Source: an uncultured Sphingomonas sp. (GTDB lineage Bacteria > Pseudomonadota > Alphaproteobacteria > Sphingomonadales > Sphingomonadaceae). Taken from it: a stretch of DNA of 64,000 nucleotides. Under the pieces are notes generated by a model. That model ran no database searches. It was not told the origin of the DNA and worked only from the letters and a program-made list of their open reading frames with translations. A program made the position numbers and the translations under genes. Positions 9,845 to 19,657 of the stretch are shown here, in pieces (the stretch's first letter is position 1; each line of letters begins with the position of its first letter). The stretch is from NCBI GenBank assembly GCA_913777295.1, contig CAJYRU010000185.1, positions 131 to 64,130 on the forward strand, in the 5' to 3' direction.

Positions 9845-10206
9845 TGGCGGGCCTGCCCACGCCCCGGCTGCCCGCGGAGATTGCGGAGGGACAGGACGGA
9901 ACCGCCGTGACGCGCCGCACCGGCCGCGTCGTCGAGGCCGACGGGACGGATGTTACCGATATCTATCTGGCCGGTGCGCGACTCGCGCTCGACCAGGCGA
10001 TCCGCCACGGTTGCCGTCATGCACTGCTGACCAATGGCAGCCCCTCGTGTGGCAGCGGCTTCGTCTATGACGGCAGTTTCTGGGGTCGGCGGATCGAAAG
10101 GGTTGCCGTGACCGCCGCGCTGCTGCGTCAGCATGGGATAGCGGTGTTCGCGCCGGGCGACCTGTCGGCGCTGGCGGCGGCCCTCGAGGAATGGGATCGG
10201 TTCTAG
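9709..10206 (+). pseudogene. DUF523 / 2-thiouracil desulfurase-like domain with no ATG start; probable frameshifted C-terminal half of a NUDIX fusion
   Basis: RILVSACLLGRPVRYNG, VCSEVMAGLPTPR, GSPSCGSG; frame offset by one base from NUDIX at the CCC run 9707-9709. Confidence 0.65.
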
Positions 10207-10730
10207 CGCCCGATCGACATTCAGCGACGATCGTCACTATTCGTCATTTCCGCAGGCGGAAATCCATAACTACTGACGTTTCGGCTGGACTTGCGACGCT
10301 GGCGCATATGGACTCCCCCCTTAGGAGGGAGTGACGATAGAGATAGAGCAGTCGTCCCGCGTCCCAAGGGACTGAATGTCGATCGGCGCTGGGATCAGAT
10401 TCATCTGCCCTGAAACTGAAACATCACCCCAGCGAAGGCTGGGGTCTCTGGCGGCTCCTTCCGCGTGCTACCAGCAGGAGATCGCAGCCTTCGTCGCTGG
10501 GATGACGCGACGGATCAGCGCTGCAGGATTGGACGCTCGAGCACTACCGGATCAGGAGAGCGCCGGCACGACGGCGAGTTCGACGCGGCAAGGCGAGAAG
10601 AGGGCGCGATGCCGGCCCCTGACCGCCGACCGCCTCCAGCAAAAAACGCCCGCCGAGCATGGTCGACGGACGCTTCTTTCACGGTGCTCGACGCGCCTTC
10701 TAACCGGGGCCGGGCAGCCCCCGCCCCGGG

Positions 10731-11897
10731 TCAGTCCGAGCCGAAGATGTCGCGGGTGAACAGCTTGTCGCCGATATCCTCCAGCTCGGGGGCGGCACGG
10801 TTGGCGATGATGACGTCGCAATCGGCCTTGAACTTGACGATATCCTTGACGACCGCCGACCCGAAGAAGTGATCGTCGTGGAGCGCGGGTTCGTACACGA
10901 CGACCTCGATCCCCTTGGCCTTCACCCGCTTCATGATCCCCTGGATCGACGACTGGCGGAAATTGTCCGATCCGGCCTTCATCGTCAGGCGATAGACGCC
11001 GACCCGCTTCGGGCGGCGGGCGATGATCTGGTCGGCGAGGAAATCCTTCCGCGTACGGTTCGCATCGACGATCGCGCGGATCAGGTTCTGCGGGACTTCG
11101 GAATAATTTGCTAGCAGCTGCTTGGTATCCTTGGGAAGGCAATAGCCGCCATAGCCGAAGCTGGGGTTATTGTACTGCATCCCCACCCGCGGATCGAGGC
11201 CGACGCCCTCAATGATCTGCCGCGTGTTCATGCCGCCGGCGATCGCATAGCTGTCGAGTTCGTTGAAGAAGGCGACGCGCATCGCGAGATAGGTGTTGGC
11301 AAACAGCTTAATCGCCTCAGCCTCGCGCGAATCGGTGAACAGCACGGCCACGTCCTTCTTCTCCGCGCCCTGCAGCAGCAGGTCGGCGAAAATGCGCGCA
11401 CGGTCCGAGCGTTCTCCGACGATGATACGCGACGGATGGAGATTGTCGTAGAGCGCGCGGCCTTCGCGCAGGAATTCGGGGCTGAAGATCACCTGCGGCG
11501 CGTTCAGCCGGACGCGGACGTCCTCGACGAAGCCGACCGGGATGGTCGACTTGATGACGACGGTCGATTGCGGGGCGTGTTCGACTGCCAGCTTGATGAC
11601 CGCCTCGACCGAGCCGGTGTTGAATTTGTCGGTTTCGACATCGTAGTTGGTCGGGGTGGCGACGATAACGTAATCAGCTCCGGCCAGTGCCGCCGCCGCA
11701 TCGGTGGTCGCCGACAGGTTCAGTTCGCGCTCCGACAGGAACTGTTCCAGTTCGGTATCGATGATCGGCGACTTGCGATCATTGACTAGCGCGACGCGCT
11801 CCTCGGAAATGTCGACCGCGACGACGTCGTTATGCTGTGCCAGCAGGACGGCATTCGACATGCCGACATACCCAAGGCCGAAAACCGCGATCTTCAT
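10731..11897 (-). CDS. ugd: UDP-glucose 6-dehydrogenase
   Basis: [57 protein letters not shown]. Confidence 0.96.
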   Translation of the reverse strand: MKIAVFGLGYVGMSNAVLLAQHNDVVAVDISEERVALVNDRKSPIIDTELEQFLSERELNLSATTDAAAALAGADYVIVATPTNYDVETDKFNTGSVEAVIKLAVEHAPQSTVVIKSTIPVGFVEDVRVRLNAPQVIFSPEFLREGRALYDNLHPSRIIVGERSDRARIFADLLLQGAEKKDVAVLFTDSREAEAIKLFANTYLAMRVAFFNELDSYAIAGGMNTRQIIEGVGLDPRVGMQYNNPSFGYGGYCLPKDTKQLLANYSEVPQNLIRAIVDANRTRKDFLADQIIARRPKRVGVYRLTMKAGSDNFRQSSIQGIMKRVKAKGIEVVVYEPALHDDHFFGSAVVKDIVKFKADCDVIIANRAAPELEDIGDKLFTRDIFGSD

Positions 11898-11962
11898 TCG
11901 ATGTATCCCCGCAAAATATCGTCCTGCGTTTACCCGCCCCGATGGCGTCACGACAAGCCCTT

Positions 11963-11977
11963 TGCTGCACCACAGCA
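11963..11977. promoter_or_regulatory. TGCTGC-N3-GCAGCA-type box upstream of ugd (PhaR-like)
   Basis: TGCTGC-ACC-ACAGCA; perfect version at 59864. Confidence 0.5.
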
Positions 11978-12021
11978 TGGCCGAAATTATCGGCCTGGGA
12001 CACTATGTTGGCCAATTATGG

Positions 12022-12993
12022 TCACAAGCGCAACGGCAGCGCGAATTTCAGCAGCAGGGTCCGTTGGGTCATCGACTGGTTATCGTCGGACACCACCCAC
12101 AGGATCAGCCGATCGCCGTCGCGAACCAGCGCCAGTCCTTCGAAATTATCGTGCAGCGCGGGCGGTTCGAACCGGGCGATGGTGCGCCCCGTCACGAGCT
12201 GGCCGGGACGCAGGCCGCGCATGTCAGCGATCTGCAGCCGCGCCGTAAAATAGTCGCGCAGGCTGATGCTGCGCGTCAGGACCAGTAACCGTCCATCGGG
12301 CAGCGCGACCGCATCGGTCACGCGGTAGTCGGCGGGTGCCTGGTAGCGGAACGGCATCGGCCGGATGCCGGGCGCGGTCGGGTCGCCGGGAAAGCGCAGC
12401 GCGAAATAGCCCTGCCGCCCCTTGCGGCCATGCGCCTCGCTCAACACCAGCACCGATCCGTCGGGCATCGCCGCCATCGCTTCGGGGCCGCCATTTTCCG
12501 ACCAGCGCCGCATCGCGCGCGGCGCGGCGTGTCGCACCGGGCGGAAGTCGCGGTCGAAGCGCCAGATCTGGTTGTGGCGTTCATAGCCGACCAGCATGTC
12601 CCCGCCGGGCAGCACCGCCAGCGACTCGGTGTCGCGGTCGCGCTTTTCCCAGCCCGTCCCCGGCCCCGCCAGTTCGGTGACCCGGGTATCTCGCACCCGC
12701 CAGTCGCGCCCCATCCGGAAGCGAAGCAACGCCCCCCCATCGGACAGGAGCATGAACCGGTCGCCCGCGACGTGGATCGCGGAGAAGCCGCCAAAGGCCG
12801 GATCCGACGCGGTCAGCGACACGCCGCCGAGATAGGTCAGCGCACCGTTGCGCACCCGCCGCGGATCGCCCGGATAGAGATCGACCGGGGCCGCATCGAC
12901 CTGCGGCGCCGCGCGATACAGCGGCAGCCGTTCCGAACCGCTCCACGAGGGAAGCAGCAACAGCACGGCGAGACAGACCAGCAGGATACGCAT
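12022..12993 (-). CDS. Esterase-like activity of phytase family protein (exported, beta-propeller-like)
   Basis: Signal peptide; FGGFSAI, LSDGG, DTESL, NGGPEA, DNFEGL, VSDDNQ...QRTLLLKF. Confidence 0.85.
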   Translation of the reverse strand: MRILLVCLAVLLLLPSWSGSERLPLYRAAPQVDAAPVDLYPGDPRRVRNGALTYLGGVSLTASDPAFGGFSAIHVAGDRFMLLSDGGALLRFRMGRDWRVRDTRVTELAGPGTGWEKRDRDTESLAVLPGGDMLVGYERHNQIWRFDRDFRPVRHAAPRAMRRWSENGGPEAMAAMPDGSVLVLSEAHGRKGRQGYFALRFPGDPTAPGIRPMPFRYQAPADYRVTDAVALPDGRLLVLTRSISLRDYFTARLQIADMRGLRPGQLVTGRTIARFEPPALHDNFEGLALVRDGDRLILWVVSDDNQSMTQRTLLLKFALPLRL

Positions 12994-13096
12994 CGCCCCC
13001 GCCTTACCCGATCGCCTCCCTGCCGCCAGTAGCCATTTGCCGCGATTAGGGTACAGCGCGATGCGAGACCGGAATGCAGCGATGGGATGGTATAAG

Positions 13097-14218
13097 GTGG
13101 TGGATGTCGTTGAACTGGCCACGGGCCTGATCGCCTGCGACAGCGTGACCCCGGCGCGGGGGCAGATATTCGACGTGCTGGAGGCGGCGCTGGTGCCGCT
13201 GGGGTTCGATGTCGACCGGTTGGTGACCGGCGAGGCGCCGGACGGCCCGGTCGAGAACCTGCTGGCGGTGCGCGGCACCGGCGGACGCCATTTCGCCTTT
13301 GCCGGCCATGTCGATGTCGTGGCCCCCGGCCCCGGCTGGACCACCCCGCCCTTCGCCCCCGAACTGCGCGACGGATTGCTGTTCGGGCGCGGTGCGGTCG
13401 ACATGAAGGGCGCGGTCGCCGCCTTCGTCGCGGCGGCGGCGACGGTGCCGGCGGATGCGGGCACGATCAGCCTGATCGTCACCGGCGACGAGGAAGGGCC
13501 GGCGGTGTTCGGCACCCGCGCGCTGATCGACCGGATGGCGGCACGCGGTCTGCGGCCCGACCTGTGCCTCGTCGGGGAACCGACCTCCACCCAGCGGTTG
13601 GGCGACATGGTGAAGATCGGGCGGCGCGGGTCGGTCAATGTCTGGATCAACGTGCCCGGCCGGCAGGGGCATGTCGCCTATCCGCACCTTGCCGACAATC
13701 CGATCCCCAAGCTGGTCGCGGCGCTGGCGGCGATCGAGGCCGTTGTGCTGGACGACGGTAACGCATGGTTCCAGCCGTCGAACATCGAGGTGACCGACAT
13801 CATGGTTGGCAATCCGGCGACCAACGTCATCCCCGGCCATGCGTCGGCGCGGCTGTCGATCCGGTTCAACGACGAACATTCCGGTGCCGCGCTGGTCGAG
13901 CGGATCACCGCGATCGTCCACGCCCATGCCCCCGATGCGCAGGTGGAGGGGCGGATTTCGGGCGAAGCGTTCCTGACCCTGCCGGGGGACTTTTCCGCGA
14001 TGGTGTCGGCGGCGATCGAACGCCACACCGGCATCACGCCGGACCTGTCGACGACCGGCGGAACATCGGACGCGCGGTTCCTGTCGCGCTTGTGCCCGAC
14101 GGTCGAGTTCGGCCTGCTGAACGCGACGATGCACAAGATCGACGAGGCGGTGGCGGTCGACGACCTCCGCGCGCTGACCGCGATCTATGCCGATATCGCC
14201 CGGACCGCGCTGGCATGA
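13097..14218 (+). CDS. dapE: Succinyl-diaminopimelate desuccinylase (start approximate)
   Basis: FAGHVDVV, GRGAVDMKG, TGDEEG, VGEPT, GRRGS, QGHVAYPHLADNP, GGTSDARF, MHKIDE. Confidence 0.95.
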   Translation: MVDVVELATGLIACDSVTPARGQIFDVLEAALVPLGFDVDRLVTGEAPDGPVENLLAVRGTGGRHFAFAGHVDVVAPGPGWTTPPFAPELRDGLLFGRGAVDMKGAVAAFVAAAATVPADAGTISLIVTGDEEGPAVFGTRALIDRMAARGLRPDLCLVGEPTSTQRLGDMVKIGRRGSVNVWINVPGRQGHVAYPHLADNPIPKLVAALAAIEAVVLDDGNAWFQPSNIEVTDIMVGNPATNVIPGHASARLSIRFNDEHSGAALVERITAIVHAHAPDAQVEGRISGEAFLTLPGDFSAMVSAAIERHTGITPDLSTTGGTSDARFLSRLCPTVEFGLLNATMHKIDEAVAVDDLRALTAIYADIARTALA

Positions 14219-14254
14219 CGGCGGCGCGGCGCAGGCTTAGGCGGCCGGTAACCA

Positions 14255-14293
14255 TTTCGTAAGCAGTCGCCACAACGCTTTCGTAAGCAGTCG
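14255..14293. repeat. 15-bp direct repeat in the dapE-PilZ intergenic region
   Basis: TTTCGTAAGCAGTCG at 14255-14269 and 14279-14293. Confidence 0.85.
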
Positions 14294-14311
14294 ACGCTAG
14301 CTTCGTCGGCG

Positions 14312-14797
14312 TTGAACCAGTTGGGGAACGTCGTGTTGCAGCCCGCACAAATCACTACCGGCCTGTCGGGAAACCGCCGCGGACGCCAGCGCATCGGCAT
14401 CCAGCGGTCGGCCGTGCTCCGCCTCGCCGGGCATCCGCCGATCCCCATTACGCTGGTCGACCTGACCCGTGACGGCTGCCTGATCGAAACCGACGCCGTG
14501 CTGGCGGCGGACCAGCAGATTGAGCTGGGCATTGCCGGCATCGGCACCGTCGGCGCGCGGGTCGTGCGGTCCGGCACGATCGGCTATGGCTGCGAATTTG
14601 CGGAGACGCTGCCGTCCGGTGCGATCACCAATGCCAGCCGCGCCAATGTCGTGCAGTTGGAAAGCGACATGGCGATGGCGTCGGCAGATACGGCCCCGGC
14701 TAGCAAGATTTCGCCGCGTCAGCGCCTGTTGGCTATCGCCGCAATCGTGACTTTGCCTTGGGCAGCGGCCGCCGGAATCATCGCCGTTTTGCGCTGA
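14312..14797 (+). CDS. PilZ domain protein with C-terminal TM helix (start uncertain)
   Basis: RRGRQR (RxxxR) and VDLTRDGC (D-x-S/T-x-x-G) motifs, GYGCEF, hydrophobic C-terminus. Confidence 0.75.
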   Translation: MNQLGNVVLQPAQITTGLSGNRRGRQRIGIQRSAVLRLAGHPPIPITLVDLTRDGCLIETDAVLAADQQIELGIAGIGTVGARVVRSGTIGYGCEFAETLPSGAITNASRANVVQLESDMAMASADTAPASKISPRQRLLAIAAIVTLPWAAAAGIIAVLR

Positions 14798-14915
14798 TCG
14801 CCCCGCCTGGCGGTGCCGCCCGTCGGCGACACTGGTCATGTACCGGAAGTTCTAGCAGCATGCCGATGTACGATGGCCCGCACTGTCTATGATGACATTC
14901 GCGAGGTTATTTCCA

Positions 14916-15756
14916 GGCTCAGGACTCATTGATTGATCCAAAAGATGACGGATGCGGCGAGGGCGATGGCGGACATGAAAGCGTGTGCGCATCGGTCGTA
15001 GCGGGTGTGGATGCGCCGCCAGTCCTTGAGGCGATCGAACATGTTCTCGATCCTGTGACGATGACGGTAGAGGGCGGCATCGTCCGGGATCGGTGCCTTG
15101 CGACCTTTGCGTGACGGCATGCAGGCAGTAGTGCCGCGTATGGCTAGCGCCTGACGCAACCAGTCGGCGTCGTAGCCGCGATAGGTGAGCAGAACCGGCG
15201 CGGGCGGCATCGCCTCGAACATAAGGTCAGCGCCCTTATAGTCACTCATCTCCCCTTCGGTGATCAGCATGACGCGCGGGCGACCACGATCATCGCAGAC
15301 GGCGTGCAGCTTGGAGTTCAGGCCTCCTTTGATGCGCCCGATACATCGGGGAAGAGCCTCTTCTTGAGCAGGCTGGCTGCCGTTCGATGCGCTTTCAGAT
15401 GCATTGCATCGATCATCAACTGATCCGGTGGCTCACCCTCCGCCGCCAGTCCGGCAAAGATGCAGTTAAACACCCACATCCGGCTCCGGCGGATGAACCG
15501 ATTGTAGATCGCCTTGGGCGGACCGTAAGCCGCCGGCGCATCTCGCCAACGCAGGCCGTTGCGGATCACGAAGATCATGCCACTGACGATCCGCCGGTCA
15601 TCCACGCGCGGCACGCCATGCGACAACGGAAAATACTGCTCAATCCGCTGCATCTGCTTGTCCGTCAGCCAGAACAGGCCACTCACCGGTGGCTCCTCCA
15701 CCACCAATGAATCAACCCGACACCGCTCATGCAAGCTATTTAATAGGTCCTGAGCC
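14916..15756 (-). mobile_element. IS5-family (IS427-like, two-ORF) insertion sequence, probably decayed
   Basis: Terminal inverted repeats GGCTCAGGACTCATT / AATAGGTCCTGAGCC (13/15 match); orfA 15318-15686 (PRVDDRR, GLRWRDAP) and orfB 14926-~15360 (YRHRHRIENMFDRLKDWRRIHTRYDR). Confidence 0.9.
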
Positions 15757-16706
15757 TAGGTGTTTGATCCCGACATTTGATGGTGCGGGTTTGATGCAAA
15801 GCGGGCCGGATCATTTTGCCACGCCTTGCAGATGGCTTCGTAGGGTGTGAGACCCTTGAGGGTCTTGAGCCTTCGTCCGAAATTGTAGGCGACGACAAAG
15901 TCACCGAGGTGCCGCCGCAGCTGGTCATGGCTGTCGTAATGGTAGCGCTTGACGGTCGCCTCCTTGATGGTGCGGTTCATCCGCTCCACCTGGCCGTTGG
16001 TCCACGGATGCTTCACCTTGGTCAGCCGGTGCTCGATGCGGTTCTCGTCGCAGACGCGGTCGAAGATATGGTGGAAGACGTATTTGTCACAGGCGCGGTT
16101 GGTGAACTGTATGCCGTTGTCGGTCAGTACGGTGTGGATGGTATAGGGCACGGCCGCGACCAAGTTTCGCAGGAACTGAGCGGCGATCATCTTCCCGGCT
16201 TGCTCATGCAGTTCGACGAACGCGAACTTGCTCGTCCGGTCGATTGCCACAAATAGTCGTAGCTTACCCTCGGCTGTCTGCACCTCGGCGATGTCGATGT
16301 GGAAATAGCCGATCGGGTAGGTCTTGAACTTGCGCTTGGGCACCTTGTCGTCGGTGATCTCGGGCAGGCGGCTGATGCCGTGGCGTTGCAGGCAGCGATA
16401 CAGGGACGAGCGCGTCAGATGAGGGATCGTCGCCTGCAGCGCATAGAGGCAGTCATCCAGCGGCAGCAACGTATGGCGTCGGAACGCGACGACGACCGCT
16501 TCCTCCTCGATGGTCAGCACCGTCGAGTGCGGGTCTTTCGGCCCGGTCGGCAGATCCTTCACCGCCGTCCGCTTCTTCCACTTGGCGACCGTCTTCTGGT
16601 TGATGCCGTGGCGCTTGGCCAATGCCCTCAGGCTCTCTTGACTACGCTGTATCGCTCGACGGACTGCCTCTGTCGTACAGGCGCTCCCGTGTAGAACCTG
16701 TCCCAT
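15756..16706 (-). CDS. IS481-family DDE transposase
   Basis: HTH N-terminus; GYFHIDI, VLTDNG, PWTNGQVERMNRTIK. Confidence 0.93.
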   Translation of the reverse strand: MGQVLHGSACTTEAVRRAIQRSQESLRALAKRHGINQKTVAKWKKRTAVKDLPTGPKDPHSTVLTIEEEAVVVAFRRHTLLPLDDCLYALQATIPHLTRSSLYRCLQRHGISRLPEITDDKVPKRKFKTYPIGYFHIDIAEVQTAEGKLRLFVAIDRTSKFAFVELHEQAGKMIAAQFLRNLVAAVPYTIHTVLTDNGIQFTNRACDKYVFHHIFDRVCDENRIEHRLTKVKHPWTNGQVERMNRTIKEATVKRYHYDSHDQLRRHLGDFVVAYNFGRRLKTLKGLTPYEAICKAWQNDPARFASNPHHQMSGSNT

Positions 16707-16763
16707 AGTGCATCCTTCCAGGCTTGCGCCGATGATGCACCATCAAATACCCGGATCAAACAC
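15760..16763 (-). mobile_element. IS481-family insertion sequence flanked by CTAG duplications
   Basis: Inverted repeats GTGTTTGATCC..ATTTGA / TCAAAT..GGATCAAACAC; CTAG at 15756-15759 and 16764-16767. Confidence 0.9.
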
Positions 16764-18188
16764 CTAGTAGGTGTTGCGATGCACGATGACGCGTAGCGTC
16801 ATGAAGACGATCGCGAGGTCGCGCCAGAAGGACCAGTTAGCGATATATTCCAAATCAGCCTGCAATCGGTTGGTTAAATCTTCGGTATGCACCGTCGCGC
16901 CGCGATAACCGCGCACTTGTGCCAGTCCGGTAATGCCGGGCTTGAGCGTATGGCGGTGCCAGTAGCGTTCATCGACATCCCAGAACAGCTGCTCGCCCGC
17001 CAGCGAGCCGAGTGCGTGTGGGCGTGGGCCGACAATGCTCATATGTCCCAGTAGGACATTGAATAGCTGCGGCAGTTCGTCTATGCTCGTCCGCCGTAAG
17101 ACATAGCCGACACGGGTAATCCGGTCGTCGTCGCGGCTGGCGGACTTGGCACCCGTCGCATCGGTCTGTTCGACGCGCATGCTGCGGAATTTCAAGATAT
17201 GAAAGAACTTGTTGCCGCGTCCGACGCGACGCTGCCGGAACAGGATCGGACCCGGACTGTCAAGCTTGATTGCCAGCGCAATGATACCGAGCGCCGGCAG
17301 CAGCAGGATCAGCGCCGGTATGCAGCAGGCGAGGTCGAACGCACGCTTGGCCATCGCCCGCCGCAGGGAAAGTGGGCCGACGGCAACTACCAATGTCGGC
17401 ACCTTCGATACCTTCGACAGCCGTAGAGCTCCGAACATGTCGATTTCGCCGACGACGATTTCGCCTCGAACGTCGGCGCCCTTCAACATCATCGCCCAGT
17501 TCGCGCGTGCTTCGGGTTGGCAAGCGATGATGACGCGGTCATGGCCTTGTATCATCTGGGCGAAGCGATCGAGCATAGCCGGGTCGCGCATATCGGGACG
17601 AATGCCCTGTTCCCGAGCGTCGATCACGCGAAATTCCGATGGGACGTTCACGCTCGCTTCGTCGCAAATCAGTACTTGTAGGAGTAGTTTGTTGCGCAGC
17701 CGCGTTTCGACATAAAGTGACACAAGCTGGCGGAACACGACCACCAGTACCAAATCCCCGAACATCGCCACCGCCAGCAGCAGCCGCGACATATCTCGGT
17801 CCAGCCGAAGGAAATAGGAAATCAGGAACAACGCACCATAGGTCAGGAACAGGGACCGCACCGCCGCGCCGGTGTCAATCATCGTTTGCGCGCCCGACCG
17901 CAGCGAGAAAGCACCGGAATTGAACGCGATAACGCTGTAGATGAAGCAAGCAACAACCAGGACAGCCGATACACTACCCTTAACGTTCAGGAACGTGGTC
18001 GGGAACAATAGTCCGATCGCGATCGCCAAAAGGTCCAGTACGAGCAATGAGACGTACAGCCGCACACGCGCCGCATGGGGCGTTTGCCAGACACGCAGGT
18101 TCGCTCCGTCGAAAGTGCTGGCCCCGTCAGCTGGAAAAGGCGTCTTCTTCACCCGGCGTACCCCATTGCTCTTCCCTGACGCGCGCAT
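16764..18188 (-). CDS. Priming glycosyl-1-phosphate transferase (WcaJ/WbaP-like sugar transferase)
   Basis: Four N-terminal TM segments; KRAFD, DSPGPILFRQRRVG, KFRSM, DELPQLFNVLLGHMSIVGPRP, KPGITGLAQV. Confidence 0.93.
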   Translation of the reverse strand: MRASGKSNGVRRVKKTPFPADGASTFDGANLRVWQTPHAARVRLYVSLLVLDLLAIAIGLLFPTTFLNVKGSVSAVLVVACFIYSVIAFNSGAFSLRSGAQTMIDTGAAVRSLFLTYGALFLISYFLRLDRDMSRLLLAVAMFGDLVLVVVFRQLVSLYVETRLRNKLLLQVLICDEASVNVPSEFRVIDAREQGIRPDMRDPAMLDRFAQMIQGHDRVIIACQPEARANWAMMLKGADVRGEIVVGEIDMFGALRLSKVSKVPTLVVAVGPLSLRRAMAKRAFDLACCIPALILLLPALGIIALAIKLDSPGPILFRQRRVGRGNKFFHILKFRSMRVEQTDATGAKSASRDDDRITRVGYVLRRTSIDELPQLFNVLLGHMSIVGPRPHALGSLAGEQLFWDVDERYWHRHTLKPGITGLAQVRGYRGATVHTEDLTNRLQADLEYIANWSFWRDLAIVFMTLRVIVHRNTY

Positions 18189-18514
18189 CGAATCACGCGA
18201 CGCTCCCCATATGTTCGCTCGCGATCCAGTGCGGGCTTTTCATACCGTCACCGATCCCGTTCGGCCATTCGACGCGCCATAGCCGACCACAGAACCGGAC
18301 GCGAGCAGGCGTTTACATCGCCCGCGACAATCGACCGTCGCGCCGTCCGCCCAGTCGTCCTCCGCCGGCGGTGGATGGTGAACGCCGTCCTAGAAAAATC
18401 TTCGCGCAACATCGGACGAAATAGGCAACGTATTCAATACCGCCGATGGTGCGCAGCGCAATGCTGCAAAAGTCGCTCGGAAGCGACCCGGAGGACCAAC
18501 CGTCCCGCGGTGGT

Positions 18515-19657
18515 TCAGCGTCGCTGCAAGACGTCGCGATACCTCCCGATCGCCTGCTCAGCGATCCGGTTCCAATCGAACCGCGCGCGGATCGCCGCTC
18601 CGTCGACCGGCGCAAGCAACGCGGGATCGACCAGCCGGCGCGCGAGCGCGGCGACGTCACCCATCGGGAAATACCGGTCATGCGGCAGTCCGACGTCCAG
18701 ATTAGCGTCGATATCGCTGAGCAACGTGGGCGCGCTGACCGCCGTCGCTTCGAGGCCGGCGATCGGCAGCCCCTCATGGTGCGACGCCAGCACGAACAGC
18801 CCAGCGCTGCGATACAGGGTCCGCAATTCGTCGCGCGGCAACATGCCGGTAAAGATCACCTGGTTCGATTGCTGCGCCAAAAGCTCCCGGACGAACGGCG
18901 TTTCATGGTCGGCGCCGCCGGCGATGACCAGCTTCATCGGGCTGCCCGATTGCTGGTGCGCCGCGACCAAGTCGGCGAACCCCTTTTCCGGCACAAGCCG
19001 CCCTACCGACAGGATGAACCTGCCGCGTTGCAGCCCGAACCGATCAAGGACGCGCGGGTCTTCCTGGCCCTCGGTGATGACGGCCGGCACCCCGTTGGGA
19101 ATGTAGTGGATTCGCCCGGCGCGTTCGGGAAACTCGCGACGCAGTTGTTCGGCCAGCGTTTCCGACACGACGATCACCTGATGTGCGTAGCGGATCGCCA
19201 GCTTTTCGCCAGTCACCAGCATCCATTTCGCGAAACCGCCCCATTTCGCTCGGCGATAGTCGCGACCATGATGCGTCACGACAACCCGTAGGCCGAGCAG
19301 ACGGGCCAGCGGCGTCAGCAGCGCTGGGCCGATCGCATGGATATGCAGCAGATCGACGCGGCGGACGATGCCGAAATACAGCGTCGCCAGCAGCGTGTTC
19401 AGCGTCGCCTCGACCGACGAAACCCGGGTCGAAGGGAGCGGCACGACCTGAAGCGCCCCCACGGCATAGGGCGACCGCTGCTGTACATAGGGACGCCGCG
19501 CGGCGAGCGTGACCCTGGTCATGGGATCGATCGCCACCATCCGGGGATAGAGCTCCTCGCAATGGCTTTCGATGCCGCCCATCACACCCGGAATACCACG
19601 CAATCCGGTGACGCCGACCCGGATGGGCCGGCGTCTGGTGGGCAGGGGGTCACGCAT
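18515..19657 (-). CDS. Glycosyltransferase family 4
   Basis: GLRGIPGVMGGIESHCEEL, VGRLVPEKG, HEGLPIAGLEA. Confidence 0.9.
   Translation of the reverse strand: MRDPLPTRRRPIRVGVTGLRGIPGVMGGIESHCEELYPRMVAIDPMTRVTLAARRPYVQQRSPYAVGALQVVPLPSTRVSSVEATLNTLLATLYFGIVRRVDLLHIHAIGPALLTPLARLLGLRVVVTHHGRDYRRAKWGGFAKWMLVTGEKLAIRYAHQVIVVSETLAEQLRREFPERAGRIHYIPNGVPAVITEGQEDPRVLDRFGLQRGRFILSVGRLVPEKGFADLVAAHQQSGSPMKLVIAGGADHETPFVRELLAQQSNQVIFTGMLPRDELRTLYRSAGLFVLASHHEGLPIAGLEATAVSAPTLLSDIDANLDVGLPHDRYFPMGDVAALARRLVDPALLAPVDGAAIRARFDWNRIAEQAIGRYRDVLQRR

Noticed and set aside
12994-13650. Extension of the 542-aa ORF
   Set aside because: Antisense to dapE; the signal peptide begins at 12993.
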